A stretch of 64,000 nucleotides of DNA from Chiloscyllium plagiosum (taxonomy: Eukaryota). The notes below the pieces were generated by a model. That model was not told where the DNA came from and did not search any database. It worked only from the letters and a program-made list of their open reading frames with translations. Shown one piece after another: positions 12,851 through 26,639 of the stretch. The stretch's first letter is position 1; every line of letters begins with the position of its first letter. Location of the stretch: contig NC_057749.1 of the NCBI RefSeq assembly GCF_004010195.1, forward strand, positions 20,331,182-20,395,181, read 5' to 3'. A program made the position numbers and the translations under genes.

Positions 12851-14364
12851 TTTTTTCTAATCCCCTGTGCAGTTTTACGAAATGATACCCTCCTGCCTGT
12901 CATTCTAACATTTTGCTGCTTTTCAATCCAGTTAGCCAGCTGATTGATTTCTTTTGTGTGTGAAATTTGCCCACATAGCTACTCCTGTGAAAATGTCAGG
13001 TTGAAATTAAATACCTTATACTGTGCTTGTCTTTCTGATTCTTGCCAGGCCTCAACTCTTAATCAACTATGAGGTAGTCTTAGTTAACACATACTCTGTG
13101 CTGCTTACCAACATTGCCTAAAATGAAATTGATTAAAACTGACCAAATGTTTTGTGTATTGTTTATGTATCTAACTGGGTATTTCCTCAGCTCAAGCACC
13201 CTAACAGAGGGACTGTAAGTCTGCCTCAGCTCATCTACTGAAGCACTCATCCAAAACCTTTTTTATTTCTCAATTTGGCTGTTGGTTCCCTCAGTTTTAT
13301 GGATGGCTCATTTGCAATGCAGAGTGATTCCAACAGTATGGATTTCAGTTTTCACACTGGCTGAGATTACCACGAAGGACTGTCCTTCTTAACCTTTCCC
13401 CTTGCTTAAGGATTAGTGATCCTCAGGTTAAGCCACCATTGGTTGTGTCTCTGTAATGAGAAATCAGCTCTGTCATTCAGTAGGATGATTCTGACTTTTC
13501 ACTTCTCAATTTGATATTTCAAATTAGTCCTGGCTGGACTTTCACCTTCAACTCTCTGTGCACTTCCTTGTCCTAAACTTTGCATTTATCCTAATTTGCA
13601 CCATCCAGTGCTCACTAACCTGTGCCAGCCCCCTTTGAAACAGTACCTTGATTTTAAAATTCTCACCTTTGTTTTCAGATCCTCTGTTGTCTGAGCCCTT
13701 ACCGTTTCTGTAACCTCCTCCAGCTGTACAACTCTCAAATGTCTCTACGTTTTGAATACTGACCTTTTGCAAATGCCTGGTTTTAATGGCAAATGGTGGG
13801 TGTGCCTTGAGTCATAAACTCTAAAATTCTCTATCTAAACCTCTCTACCCATTTTACCTATGTCTAACCAGGTTTTAGGTCCTTTGCCTTGATGTCCTCT
13901 TTGTGTGACTTACTGTCAAATTGTTGTATTATGCTCTTAAGGATCCTGGGGCATTTTGCTGTGTTAAAGGTGTGATATAAATGCGAGTTATCATTGATAC
14001 TTATTATGTATAAAATATGATCCAATGTGGCTTGGAACAAATATTTTCTTCCTACATATATACTATACTGAGAATAGAATATGAATGCAAACTAGCAAAA
14101 AACATAAAAATGGGTTGTAAAAGTTTTTGTGGGTATTAACAAGGAAATGTTGGCCAAATGTGAGTTTAATACAAGTAGAGCTGGATGAATTTATATTTGG
14201 GAATGGGGAAATAGCAGAGAAGCTAAATACACTGTGTCTGTTATAATTCAACAAAATACGTGACAGAGATTTCATATCTCATGGCAATGCCATGACCAAT
14301 CAAAGTCAACCTGCCTGGTTTAAAGATAAACAAAGTCTAATAATCAGATTTACTTATGAATTTA

Positions 14365-16725
14365 AGGACTTAGGAGCAGGAGTAGGCCGTCTGGCCCTTT
14401 TGTGCCTGCTCCATCACTCAATAAGATCATGGCTGATCTTTTCGTCGACTCAGATCCACTTACCCATGCTCTCGCCATATCCCTTAATTCCTGCATTGTT
14501 CAAAAAAAGATCTATCTTAGCTTTAAAAACGTTTACTGAAGTAGCATCGACTACTTCACTGGGCAAGGGATTCCATAGATTAACAACCCTGTGGGTTCCG
14601 TCCTGAATCTGCTCCCTCTAATCTTGAGGCGATATCCTCTTGTCCTAGTTTCACTTGCCAGTGGAAACATCCTCTCTACGTCTATCTTATCAATTCCCTT
14701 CATAATTTTATATGTTTCGATACGATCCCCCCTCATTCTTCTGAATTCCAATGAATATAATCCCAGTCTACTCTGTCTCTCCTCATAAGCCAACCCCCTC
14801 AACTCTGAAATCAACCCAGTGAACCTCCTCTGCACCCCCTCCAGTGACAGTACATCCTTTCTTAAGTAAGGCAACCAAAACTGCACACACTGCTCCAGGT
14901 GTGGCCTCACCAACAGTCTGTACAGCTGCAACATAACCTCCCTGCAGCTTTTAAACTCCATCCCTTTAGCAGTGAAGGACAAAATTCCATTTGCCTTCCT
15001 AACTACTTGTACTTGAAGACCAACTTTCTGTGATTCATGCACAAGGTCACCCAGGTGTTTCTGCATAGCAGCATGCTGCAACGTTTTACTATTCAAGTAA
15101 TAATCCTTTTTACTGTTACTCCTACTAAAATAGATGACCTCACATTTATTAACATTGTATTCCATCTGCCAGATTTTTGCCCACTCACTCAAAGTATCTA
15201 TGTTCCTCTGCAAGCTTTGCCCTGCCACTCATCTTAGTGTCATCTGCAAACTTTGACACACTACACGTGGACCCCAACTCCAAATCATCTATATAAATTG
15301 TGAATAAATGTGGTCCCAACACTGATCCGAGAGACACCACTAGTCACTGATTGCCAGCCAGAATAGCACTCATTTAACCCCACTCTTTGCTTCCTGTTAG
15401 TCAACCTCTATCCATGCTCTCTACCCATAATGCCATGCATCCTTATGCAGCAGCCTCTTGTGTGACACCATATCAAAGGCCTTTTGGAAATTGAGGTACA
15501 CCACATCCACTGGGTCCCCATTGTCCACCTTGGTCATAATGTCTTCATAGAATTCCAAAAGATTTGCTAAGTATGACCTGCCCTTCATGAACCTATGTTC
15601 AATTTCTCTCGAGATGCCTTGCTTGAGTCTATTATCAAGGAAGAAATAGCATCTTCCCCACTACAGAGGTTTAGCTAACTGGTCTGTAATTCCCCATCTT
15701 TTGTCGTCTACTCTTTTTAAACAGTACTGTTTTCCATTCTGCTAGGACTGCCTCAGAATTCAGTGAATTTTGGGAAATTACTGTCGGTGCACCTGCTATT
15801 TCTCCCATCATCTCTTTTAATACTATGGGATGCATTCCATCAGGGCCAGGAGACTTGTCTATCCTTAACTCCATTAGTTTGCCCAACACTACCTCTTCCA
15901 TGATGATGATTGTTTCCAGGTCCTCACCTACCTTCACCTCTTTGTCAATTACTGGCATGTTATTAGTGTCCTCCACTGTGAAGACCGATACAAAATACCT
16001 GTTCAATGCCTCAGCCGTTTCATCATATCCCATAACTAAATGCCCCTTCTCATCCTCGAAAGGACCGCCGTTTAGCCACTTGTCTGTTTTCTACATTTAT
16101 AGAAACTTTTGCTATCTGGCTTTATATTCTGTGCTGATTTTTTTCTCATGTTCCATCTTCCTTTATAGCTCTTTTTGAGGCTTTCAGTTGACCTTTAAAG
16201 TTTTCCCAATCTTCTAGTTTCATGCTGTTTTGGGCAACTTTGTATGCCTTCTCTTTCAATTTGATAGGCTTCCTTATTTCCTTAGACACCCATGGCAGGT
16301 TACCCCTTTTCTTACAATCCTTCCTTTTCTCTGGAATATACTTTTGTTGAGCAACTTGAAAAATTACTTTGAAAGTCCTCCACTGCTCGTCAACTGTCCC
16401 AACATAAAATCTTTGTTTCCAATCTACACTTAGCTAAGTCCTCATACTATTGTAGTCTCCCTTGTTTAAACACAGGACCCTCTCCACCTGTATTCTAAAT
16501 TCAACCAAACTGTGATCGCTCCTTTCAAAAGGATTCTTAACCATGAGGTCATTAATTATTCCTGTGTCTTTGCACAGGACCAGATCTAGGATAGCTTGTT
16601 CTCTTGTTGATACCATTGCATACTGTTCCAGAAAACTATCATGAAAACACTCAGCAAACTCCTCCTCAAGGCTACCCTCACCAAGCTGGTTCGAACAATC
16701 AGCATGGAGATTAAAATCCCCCATG
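14365..16725 (-). mobile_element. CR1 LINE, decayed ORF2 (endonuclease to RT C-terminus)
   Basis: MGDFN...LDLVL...SDH, KSPGPDGMHP...NYRPVS, WQMEYNVNKCEV, LVRPHLEQCVQFW in broken frames. Confidence 0.92.
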
Positions 16726-16929
16726 GTTTAATTCTCAACCACTCAATGGTTTCTTCTCATGCAGTATAAGTGGTGATTTCTCCTTGAATTGGTATTCTCG
16801 TGAAATGTCCTGGTGAATGCTAGACAATGAAGCTTCACAAAATGTCTTTCTTTTAGCCATTCTTAAGTTCTGTCATAACACTTATGACCAGAAGCTAAAA
16901 GCTTACTTTGTAACTGTCTTCTAGAATTA

Positions 16930-18515
16930 AAGATCCAAGGGACTAGAGAGAATGAGGAATTAAAGGAAATTAGTGGTAAAAGGTTGTATTGGAGAAATTA
17001 ATGGCAGTTTTTTTTTGACAAGTTCCCAGGACTTTATATTCTACATTCCAGAGTATTCAAACAGGCAAATATGGAAATGGTAAATGCATTGCATTTTCTA
17101 AAATTCTATAGATTCTGTTACGTTTCTTGCAGATTAGAAGGTCACAAATATTACTCCACTACATGGGAAGGAAGAGGAAAAAATTGAGAACCATGGACGT
17201 GTTAGCCTTACGTTGGTAGTATCTGGCATTTCCCCAATTATTCTAAAAGAAGAGATAAATGGTGCAAAGATAATGTTGATCTGATTGGACATAAAGGGAG
17301 AAAGAGAGGACTGTAGGAGAGTTGATGTTTCGAGCATAAGTCCTTCATCATCGCATTCCTGATGAAGCGCTTATACGCAATACATCGACTCTCCTGCTCC
17401 TCAGATGCTGCCTGACCGGCTGTGCTTTTCCAGCACCACATTTTTTGAATCTGATTGGACGTAGTCAGCATGAATTTGTGAATATGAAATTGTTGGACAA
17501 ATAAATGGCTCATTTTCACCGTGGCAGTCTGTGACCGATGGGGTGCTGCAGGATTTGTACCTGGGGCATTAGCTGTTCACAGTTTGCACCAATAATTTGG
17601 ATATGTGGACCTAATGTTAATATTTCCAAACTTACAGATTACACAAATCTAGGTGGCAATGTGTGCTGCAGAGGTGCCAGATACAAATCAAGAGGATTTG
17701 GACAGACTTGGTCAGTAGGCAAGAACTTGGCAAATGGAATATAATGTGGAAAAATATGAGGTTATCCATTTTAGTAAGTGGAGCAGATATGCTATTTTTT
17801 TGAATGGTAAGAGATTAGAAAATTTGATACTCAGAAGGACCTGGATGTCCTCCTCAATAAGCCACTGAATATAAACACGCTGGTGCAGCGAGGTATTAGG
17901 AAGGCTGATGGAAGGCTGTCTTTCATCATAAGATTGGAGTCCAGAATTAATGAAGTCTTGCTTCAAATATTTAGGAGTTTGGTTAGGCTGCACCTAGAGT
18001 ATTGTGTACAATTATGGTCCCTTACGTTCAGAAAGGTTACCTTTGACGGAGAGCAACAAAGGTTCATCAGTCTTGTTTCTAAGTTGGTAGGGCTATCCTA
18101 CGCAGAGAAATTGGGACAACTGGGCCTGTAATCTTTAGAATTTTGAAGAATGAGATGTGTCCCATTAACACCTACAAGATCCTTGAAGGGATAGACAGAA
18201 GAGATGCAGGTCAGATGTTTTCCCTGATTAGAGAGTCTGGAACCGGTGACCACAATTTCAAAATAAAGGGAAAATACTTAACAAGGAGAGGAAGAGCAGA
18301 ATTTTCTGGCTCTAATGGTGGTGAAGATTTGGAATCCTATACCTCAGAGAGCTGTGGAGGCTCTCATTCAGTAATTGACAGATTTCTAAATGCCAACAAT
18401 GTAAAGGGATATACGATAAGTGTATGGGAAAAAAAGGAGTTTGAAGTGGGCAATCGGCCATGATTGCATTGAATGGGGCAAGCTCAATGGGCGAATGGCC
18501 TACTACCATGCTCCC
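16930..18515 (+). mobile_element. CR1 LINE, decayed ORF2
   Basis: LVRLHLEYCVQLW, NTYKILEGIDR peptides and CR1 3' end. Confidence 0.85.
17291..17448 (+). mobile_element. Degenerate family A mini-element inserted into a CR1 RT region
   Basis: CTGATGA at 17359-17365 with family A tail; TSD ATCTGATTGGAC at 17279-17290 and 17449-17460. Confidence 0.75.
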
Positions 18516-20165
18516 ACAGTTTTCATTCATCCTTATAAAGGCCTCAGATAGAATCCTGTTAAATGCTTCTTGGCATTTAACCAAATTAAATAAATTGATT
18601 TACACTCTCCCAATTTAGTTAAATATTTGTAACAATATGGAAGCTAATTTTAAACAGCAGTAAATGCAGTCTCAAAAATGGGATTTCACTCTAGTGGGTT
18701 TATAAAAACAAACCTGCCAAAATCTATATTTTGTTTATATATAGGACATTTGAAACGTACAATGTTATTATTAGTATGCTTCACTTGTTGCTTATATCAT
18801 CGCTGATGTAAACTAATACCAAGATTACTTATTTTGAACTTGTCATTACTGATGACAAGGCTGTGCAGATTTTACTTCCCGAAGCAGAGGGGCAATATTA
18901 AATAGCGAGGAAAAGCCTGTTACTACTCTGATGCCATTTGTCTCCATTCTGACGGCTCGTGACTTTGTTGGTGGCTCTCCCTATATATCAGTCACATACT
19001 GAGATTTGGTTTGAGTCGTTTCTTTTAGTGAACTGCTGATTAGCACATTTCTCAAATGTAAACTGAAACCAGCCATCTAATTGTGAATGGTCGCAGAATG
19101 CTGGCCTGATGCACAGAACCCAGGGAAAGTAAGAAGGTGGAGATTCCCTAAAGGTTGCATGCACTTAGTAAAACCTACTCCACTGGTAATGAGATACTTT
19201 CCAGATGCTTCACCATCCCACTTGGGAGATAGGTCATATCATTAACATGCTCTGCAACTTCAGAGCTTTAGTATTTGTGAAAGGATCACATCACCAGTTG
19301 CAGGTCAGGGAAATACTGACTTCTGTAGTCCTCCCACATAGAACACTGGATTTCCCTGTTAGTTCGCCTGTTTCCATGTAACTGATTGGATCCAAGAATG
19401 AATAGTCAGCTTATATCTAGGTGTTAATAATTTTGCAGGTAACAGAGTGGTTGAAACAGCACTGTGGACACGCACTACAGTCTCCTGTACATGAACAGTG
19501 ATTGTGTATGGAATAAAATGATATCACTGCAACAGGTGCAAACTGGATTTTTATATTAGTTTCCTTTCTACAAATAGTCTACCTTTGAGAGACTATGTTC
19601 AGCATGTTAATTATAACCTTAGGGACAAAAGTAGGCTATTCAATCTCTCCAGCCAGCTATGCTACTGGTTCGGTAAAATCTTGCCTTACCTGATTGTGGC
19701 CTTAACTCCATTTTCCTGAAAGGTTCTTGAATGCTGTCTGGTGAAGAGACTGTCAGAAATTAATGAGGAAAGAATTGAGGATATATCCTTTCAGCAACTA
19801 CCCTGTCAAGATGCCTTGAGTCTTCTATCTTTCAATAAGATCACATTGTTCTGAACTCCAGTGGATATAAGCCTAGCCTTCTCATAAGACAAATACTTGA
19901 CCCCAAAAATCAGCCTAGTGAACCTTCTCTGAACTTTCCCAACACAAGAAGCAACATCGGAAAATGCTAGAGAAATGTTTCTAAGAGAACAAACAAATAA
20001 ATGAGCCTCAGATGTTAACACTTCATTAGCATTTAAATAATTGGAACAAAGTAGTTAGGAGAAAAACGTTTATCACTGAAGCTGTGTGCAAATTGCTTTA
20101 AAGAATAAATAATGACGATTGAGACAAAAGAGTAATAAGAACTCACTATCTGAATAGCTGAGGTT

Positions 20166-22907
20166 AGAAGTCACAAGACACCAGGTTATAGTCCAACAGG
20201 TTTGTTTGACATCACAGATCGGAGTGCTACTCCTTCATCAGATTAAGTGAAGAAAAGCACACAGACACAGAATGTTTCGGCAGAGAGATCAAAATATTGT
20301 ACAGATGGTGTGAGTGGAGTGCTGAGAGGCTGAATAACAAGTCTCTGCAGGTGATCAAGAGTGTCAGACAGTGTGAGTAAAGTGTCAATAGCTGAAAAAG
20401 AAGTGAAGGGATGACCTATGATCTGATTAATTGAGACAGAGATAATTACAAAAAAAATTTAAAATAAAGTAGTGCTGGAGAAAACTAAATGACTAGAATA
20501 AAATGATAGGAGAGTCGCATGGTGAGGGTCAAACCAAAATAACAAGTAATCCCAAACTGTACAAACTAATTAAGGAAGAGAGATCATAACGAGTTATCAA
20601 GGTGATGGTGTCAAGACAGGACAGTAAGGAATTTTTTACAAATGCAGAAGTGTGGTGGGGTTACATTTAGTGCAACCAGAAGACCTCTGCCCAAGGCTCA
20701 AAGTGAATATTCAAGTCAACAGGAGCTGCATTAACACCAGATTCATCAGCCGTGCTCCCAAGAAAGTACAGAATGTCACCCAAGCACAATACAATGCCAT
20801 CAATGCTCTTAAGACCAAATGCAACATGGTCATCAAACCAGCAAAGTAGGCGCTGTCATCGTACAGAATAGAACGGACTACTGCAAAGAAGCATACTGAT
20901 AACTGAAAAACCAGGAACACTACAGACAATTACCTGCCAGTCTGACCAAAGAACACAGACTGATCAAGTCCTTCAGACTTGCCTACGCACTCTCATCCCA
21001 CATACTTCTCGCGTCGGGGACTTTACTGCCTTCTGAAGATACACAAAGCCAACACACCTGGACACCCTATCGTATCAGGCAATGGGACCCTGTGTGAGAA
21101 TCTCTGTCGAGGGCATCTTGTACAGGGGACCCCCAGCTTCTGTTGCAACACTACAGATTTCTTACAAAAACTCAGCACCCACGGACTACTCAAGCCCGGA
21201 ACATTCCTTGTTACAATGGATGTTTCAGCATTCACCAGCATTCCCCACAATGATGGCATCACTGCAACACACTTGGTACTCGATACCAACAACTGCCAAT
21301 CTCCGGACACCATTCAACAACTCATCCACTTCATTCTCGACCACAACATCTTCACCTTTGACAACCAGCTCTTCATCCAGACACATGGAACAGCCATGGG
21401 GACCAGATCGGCATCCCAATATGCCAACATTTTCATGCACAAGTTCGAGTAAGACTACTTTGCTGCAACCACTGTTATACACCAGATACGTCAATGTTAT
21501 TTTCTTCCTTTGGATTCATGGTGAGAAATCACTGAAACTACTAAACAATGATATCAACAAGTTTCATCCCACTATCAGACGACACTTCAGAATCAGTTTC
21601 ATTCTTGGACACATGCATCTCCACCAAGGACGGACACCTCAGTACTTCACTCTAACACAAACCCATGGATAACCTCACAATGCTGCACTTCTTTAGCTTC
21701 CACCTTAACCATATTAATGAAGCCATCCCCTATGCCCAAGCCCTGTGCATACACAGGATCTGCTCAGACAAGAAGAAATGCTATGGACACTTAAAGATAA
21801 TGAAGGATGCCCCCATTTGAATGGGATATGATGCTGAACTCATCTATCGCCAGTTCTGATGTGACACAGTGAAAAGCTGCTACATCCTCCTTAGAAGACG
21901 GGCACAAGACACGACCGATAGAGTATCATTCGTGATCCAGTACTTCCCGGAGCAGAAAAACTATGCCATGTTCTTCACAGCCTTCGTATCATGGATAATG
22001 ACGAAGATTCCGACAAGGTCATCCCCCACACCTCCACGTCTCACTTTCAAACTACTGCCAAACCTTAAACAGATCATTGTTAGCAGCAAACCACCCAGCT
22101 TTCAGGACAACAGTGACCAGAAGAGATGCTAGCTCAACAACATGGACACTACCACCACACATGGGAATACCACCCACCACCGGAGGCTGAGTGTACTTGA
22201 CCACTGAGACGTTCCCTGGCTGGGAGGGAACATGCCGATCTGGTCCATTCATTCATTCTGGATTAGTGGTGCTGGAAGAGCACAGCAGTTCAGGCAGCAT
22301 CCAAGGAGTTTCGAAATCGACGTTTCGGGCAAAAGCCCTTGTCATAGCTTCTGCATGGTCTCGCGAATATGCCATGCCTTAGGACATTCTTGCCTACGGG
22401 ATATAGGATTGACAAGGTTGGCCGAGTCACATGAGTATCTGTCCTGTTTTGACACCATCACCTCGATAACTTATGATCTCTCTCCCTTAATTCGTTTGTG
22501 CATTTTGGATTACTTGTTACATTGGTAAGACCGTCGCCATGCGACTCATATCTATTACGCTATTTCTAGCCATTTGATTCATCTCCAGCACCACCTTATT
22601 TTAAATTTTTTTGTAATTATCTCTCTGCCTCAATTAATTGGACCATAGGTCATCCTTTTACTCGTTATTCTGACCCTTCAGAGATCTCTTATTCAGCCTT
22701 GCGACACGCCACTCACACCATTTGTACAATACTTTGATATCTCTGCCTATAAATTCTGTCTCTGTGTGCTTTTCTTCTCTTCACCGATGAAGAAGCAACA
22801 CTCTGAAAGCTTGTGATTTCAAGTAAAACCGGTTGGACTATAACTTGGCATTGTCTGACTTCTAATCTTGTCTATCCTAGTCCAACACCAGTACCTCCAC
22901 ATCACAT
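20166..22907 (+). mobile_element. Decayed Penelope-like retroelement (RT plus GIY-YIG remnant) with inverted terminal repeat and 12-bp TSD
   Basis: RT-like peptides (PGHPIVSG, LVTMDVSAFTSIPH, GTAMGTRSASQYANIFM, YTRYVNVIF) at ~20800-22130; ~20166-20625 is the reverse complement of ~22439-22866; ATAGCTGAGGTT repeated at 20154-20165 and 22908-22919. Confidence 0.88.
22257..22340 (-). mobile_element. Truncated family A mini-element inside the Penelope-like element
   Basis: Reverse complement reads AAGGGCTTTTGCCCGAAACGTCG...GGATGCTGCCTGAACTGCTGTGCTCTTCCAGCACCAC; CTGATGA missing. Confidence 0.75.
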
Positions 22908-24079
22908 ATAGCTGAGGTTGTGAAAAGTAATTGAATGTGAGATTGAGACTAAAACATAATGGCTCTCATGATAGGGCGGTGTGAGGCAGCGTGATGTAAA
23001 TAAGGATTTTGTTCGGATAACCCAGCAGAGTGTCCTTAGTGTGAAACAATGGAAGAAATGGGCTGTCTTATGTGGTACTAGGCACTGATAGAAAGTAACT
23101 TCACAGGATTTAGGACCAGCAGCAACTGCAGGCAATTAGGTGCTGATAGCTGGATAGTAACAGGTCAGAGAAATTTATTCAATAAAATTTTGCAGCATGA
23201 ATTTGTAACTTATGTACTATAGCCATCACATTTTGGCACAATCCTAAGCATTCATCGGAAGTCTGAATTGTATTCAGGAATACTTAGTTATATGAGGACC
23301 ACTTTGTTTAATTTCAGTACCTCTGAGGAATTGCATTGTGCTGCGTTCAGTTTGCCTCAGAGATGAAATTTCTTTGTGTGGGGTAGATTGGGTGTAAGAC
23401 AGAATGTACCTTGGGTGTTACAACGTTATGACTAAAGCAAAGATAGCAACTGCTCTGAAATGTTTGACTGTAGAAGAAATGATGGGAAGGATTAGTCGAT
23501 AATGAATGGATCACTGCAACAAACACAGAAGGGCAGACTTATATATCATATACATAGGTCAACTTGGTATGGAAAACACTATATTTCAGGAGTCCAGGGG
23601 TTTCATCAGAACCTTCACATTTAACTGGCTGAAAACTCCCTTCAAAGATCAGATTACTTGATAAGCAAAGATAAAGTAATTATTCTCTGTGAATTGTGTA
23701 TAAGCAATGGAGAAATAGACTCAGGGCTATCTGATTATCATGTTAATGTACTAACATTCATGATCACAATCTCAGAATTAACTAAGGGCAAATGTTTGTA
23801 TAGTCTTCCATTCATACCAATCTAAGAATGAGTAGATGATGATCACTGGATCTCAATGGCAATATGTCTGTGGAAGAGTATGCCTTAACCTGCGAGTACA
23901 ATTATTCATAGCTGCTGATTAGCTACAGACTGTTGAAAGTGTTTCCAAAATGTGAGGGGGGAGTGCGCTGAGATTCTGCTCTGATATCCCCTCAACTCCC
24001 AGCTATTCTTCAAGCCCCATTTAGCTTCTTGTAAATAAGGCAACCCTCTCGTTGATGCAACACTTACCTGAATATTGAT

Positions 24080-24215
24080 GGAAAAAACACATTTTTGTTG
24101 AGGCTTTTCATTTTGCACTCATCAGGACAATTTGCGAGGATATCAGTGTAAAAGGGATAAACTGTATGAGAAGAGTGAGATGATTGGCAAGTGGATTGCC
24201 GTGAAACGTTTCTTT
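24080..24215 (-). repeat. Family D repeat with hammerhead-like core; related copies at ~16740-16860 (+) and ~50125-50165 (-)
   Basis: Minus strand TTGTC-CTGATGA-GTGCAAAAT-GAAA-AGCCTC-AACAA. Confidence 0.55.
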
Positions 24216-24651
24216 TTGGCAGTGTTCAGATTCTGTGCTCCTAGTGACTAATTGTCTAACAGAACTGAATTGAATCACTTGGGACAATATGGGAGATGCC
24301 CCAGTGCCAGTCATTTAAGGTTAGCACTCTTCGGTTCTACAATGAGCTCATTTATGTGGTCAAATGACTGGAGTTCGAACGTCATGTCTGTATATCCATA
24401 TTCATGACTTGGAGGAAGTAGGATAACCAGTTATCTCTCTCATCTTGTTGAGGCCATTGTGAGCAAACGTGATATGACTTAGTCTGCTGGCCTGCGTTCT
24501 TAACTCATTGTGTAGTAACTACAGCTTGCACCTTTATTAATCCCTGTTTTTTCAATCCCTGTTTGGTTTACACCTATGTTTCTGCTCATTTTATAGCAGT
24601 ACACAGCTTTTGATGAGGAGCTATTTTCTCCTCAGGCTGCTAGGATGAGAT

Positions 24652-26197
24652 GGAACATAGAAAAGTACAGCACAGAACAGGCCCTTTGCTCCACGATGTT
24701 GTGCCAAGTATTAATCCTAATGTAAAATAAAATAACAACCTACGTATCTCTCAATTCACTGCTATCCATGTGCATGTCCAGCAGTCGCTTAAACGTCCCT
24801 AATGACTCTGCTTCCACCACCACCGCTGGCAACGCATTCCATGCATTCACAACTCTCTGCATAAAGAACCTTCCTCTGACGTCTCCTCTATACCTTCCTC
24901 CTAATATCTTAAAACTATGACCCCTCGTACCAGTCAATCCTGCCCTGGGGAAAAGTCTCTGGCTATTGACTCTATTCATTCCTGTCATTACCTTGTATAC
25001 CTCAATCAGGTCTCTCTTCCTCCTTCTATCTAGAGAGAAAAGTCCGAGCTTAGTCAACCTCTCTCCATAAGATAAGCCCTCCAGACCAGGCAGCATCCTG
25101 GCAAACCTTCTTTGCACCCTCTCCAAAGCCTCTGTATCTTTCCTATAGTAGGGTGACCAGAACTGGACACAGTATTCTAAGTGTGGCCTCACCAGGGACT
25201 TGTAGAGCTGCAGCAAAACCTCGTGGTTCTTAAACTCAATCCCCCTGTTAATGAAAGCCTAAACACCATATCCTTTCTTAACAACACTATCCACTTGGGT
25301 GGCAACTTTGGGGGATCTATGTACTTGAACACCAAGATTCCTCTGTTCCTCCACACTGCCAAGAATCCTGTCTTTAATCATATATTCAGCATTCAAATTC
25401 GACCTTCCAAAATGCATCACTTAGCATTTTTCCAGGTTGAACTCCATTTGCCATTTCTCAGCCCAGCTCTGCATCCTGTCTATGTCACGCTGCAGCCTGC
25501 AATAGCCCTCGATACTATCAACGGCACCTCAGACCTTTATGTCATCTGCAAATTTACAAACCCACCCCTCAACCTCCTCATCCAGGTCATTTATAAAAAC
25601 TACAAAGAGCAGTGGCCCAAGAACAGAGCACTGTGGGACCCCACTCAACACTGACCTCCAAGCAGAATACTTTCCATCTACAACCACTCTGCCTTCTGTC
25701 AGCCAACCAGTTTTGAATCCAGATAGCCAAATCCCCCTGTATCTCATAATTCCTGACTTTATGAATGAGCCTACCAGGGGAACCTTAACAAATGCCTTGC
25801 TGAAGTCCATATATACCACGTCCACTGCTCGACCTTTGTCGACCTGTCTTGTCACCTCCTCAAAGAACTCAATAAGATTTGTGAGGCATGACCTGCCCCT
25901 CACAAAGCCATGCTGACTGCCTTTAATCACGCTATGCTTTTCCAAATAGTCATAAATCCTATCCCTCCAGAGTTCTTTCCAAAACTTTGCTGACCACAGA
26001 CGTAAGACTGACTGGTCTGTAATTGCAGGGATTTCCCTATTACCCTTCTTGAAAAGAGGAATAACATTCGCCTCCTTCCAATCCTCTGGTCCGACTCACA
26101 TGGAGAGTGAGGAGGCAAAGATCTTTGCCAGCAGCTTAGCAACCTTTCTCGCTTCCTGGATTAGCCTAGGATAAATCTGGTCTGGCCCTGGGGACTT
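24652..26197 (-). mobile_element. CR1 LINE, 5'-truncated, relatively young
   Basis: SQHGFVRGRSCLTNL, VYMDFSKAF, GVPQCSVLGPLLF, FADD, LVRPHLEYCVQFWSP. Confidence 0.95.
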
Positions 26198-26639
26198 AAT
26201 TTTTCAAGCATAGTTAGCTGCTCCTGTGCATCTCCTCCTTTTGTGTGTAGATGCTGTTATTGCTGACCCAGGCCTGACTGAAAATCAGCATGTCTAGACT
26301 GTTGAATTGACACACAGTAACATTGTGCTATTCAATCCATTTGTATTGCCTTTGTCAATATCGGAACCTTGCCCGAGTGTGACGGAATTGTCAACTGAGA
26401 TGAATCCCTGGATGAGCTTGATCCTGTCCTTGCCCAATGCCTAGGCATAACCTCCATCAGAGATTGATAAAGATTGATTGCAGACTGATAACCTGGCTGT
26501 AATAGTTGCTCATTGCCTCGCCTACTTCTTCAGTTTTCTGAAATTGTAAAAAAACTTTCTCTGTGGATGTGGGCATCACAGATGAAGCCTGCATTTATCA
26601 TCCCTTGCTGGTTTTTACATCCATTACCTCCACTGGATT

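Noticed and set aside
14551..15228. 225-aa ORF and similar RT-like ORFs as active genes
   Set aside because: Fragments of CR1 ORF2 surrounded by stops and frameshifts
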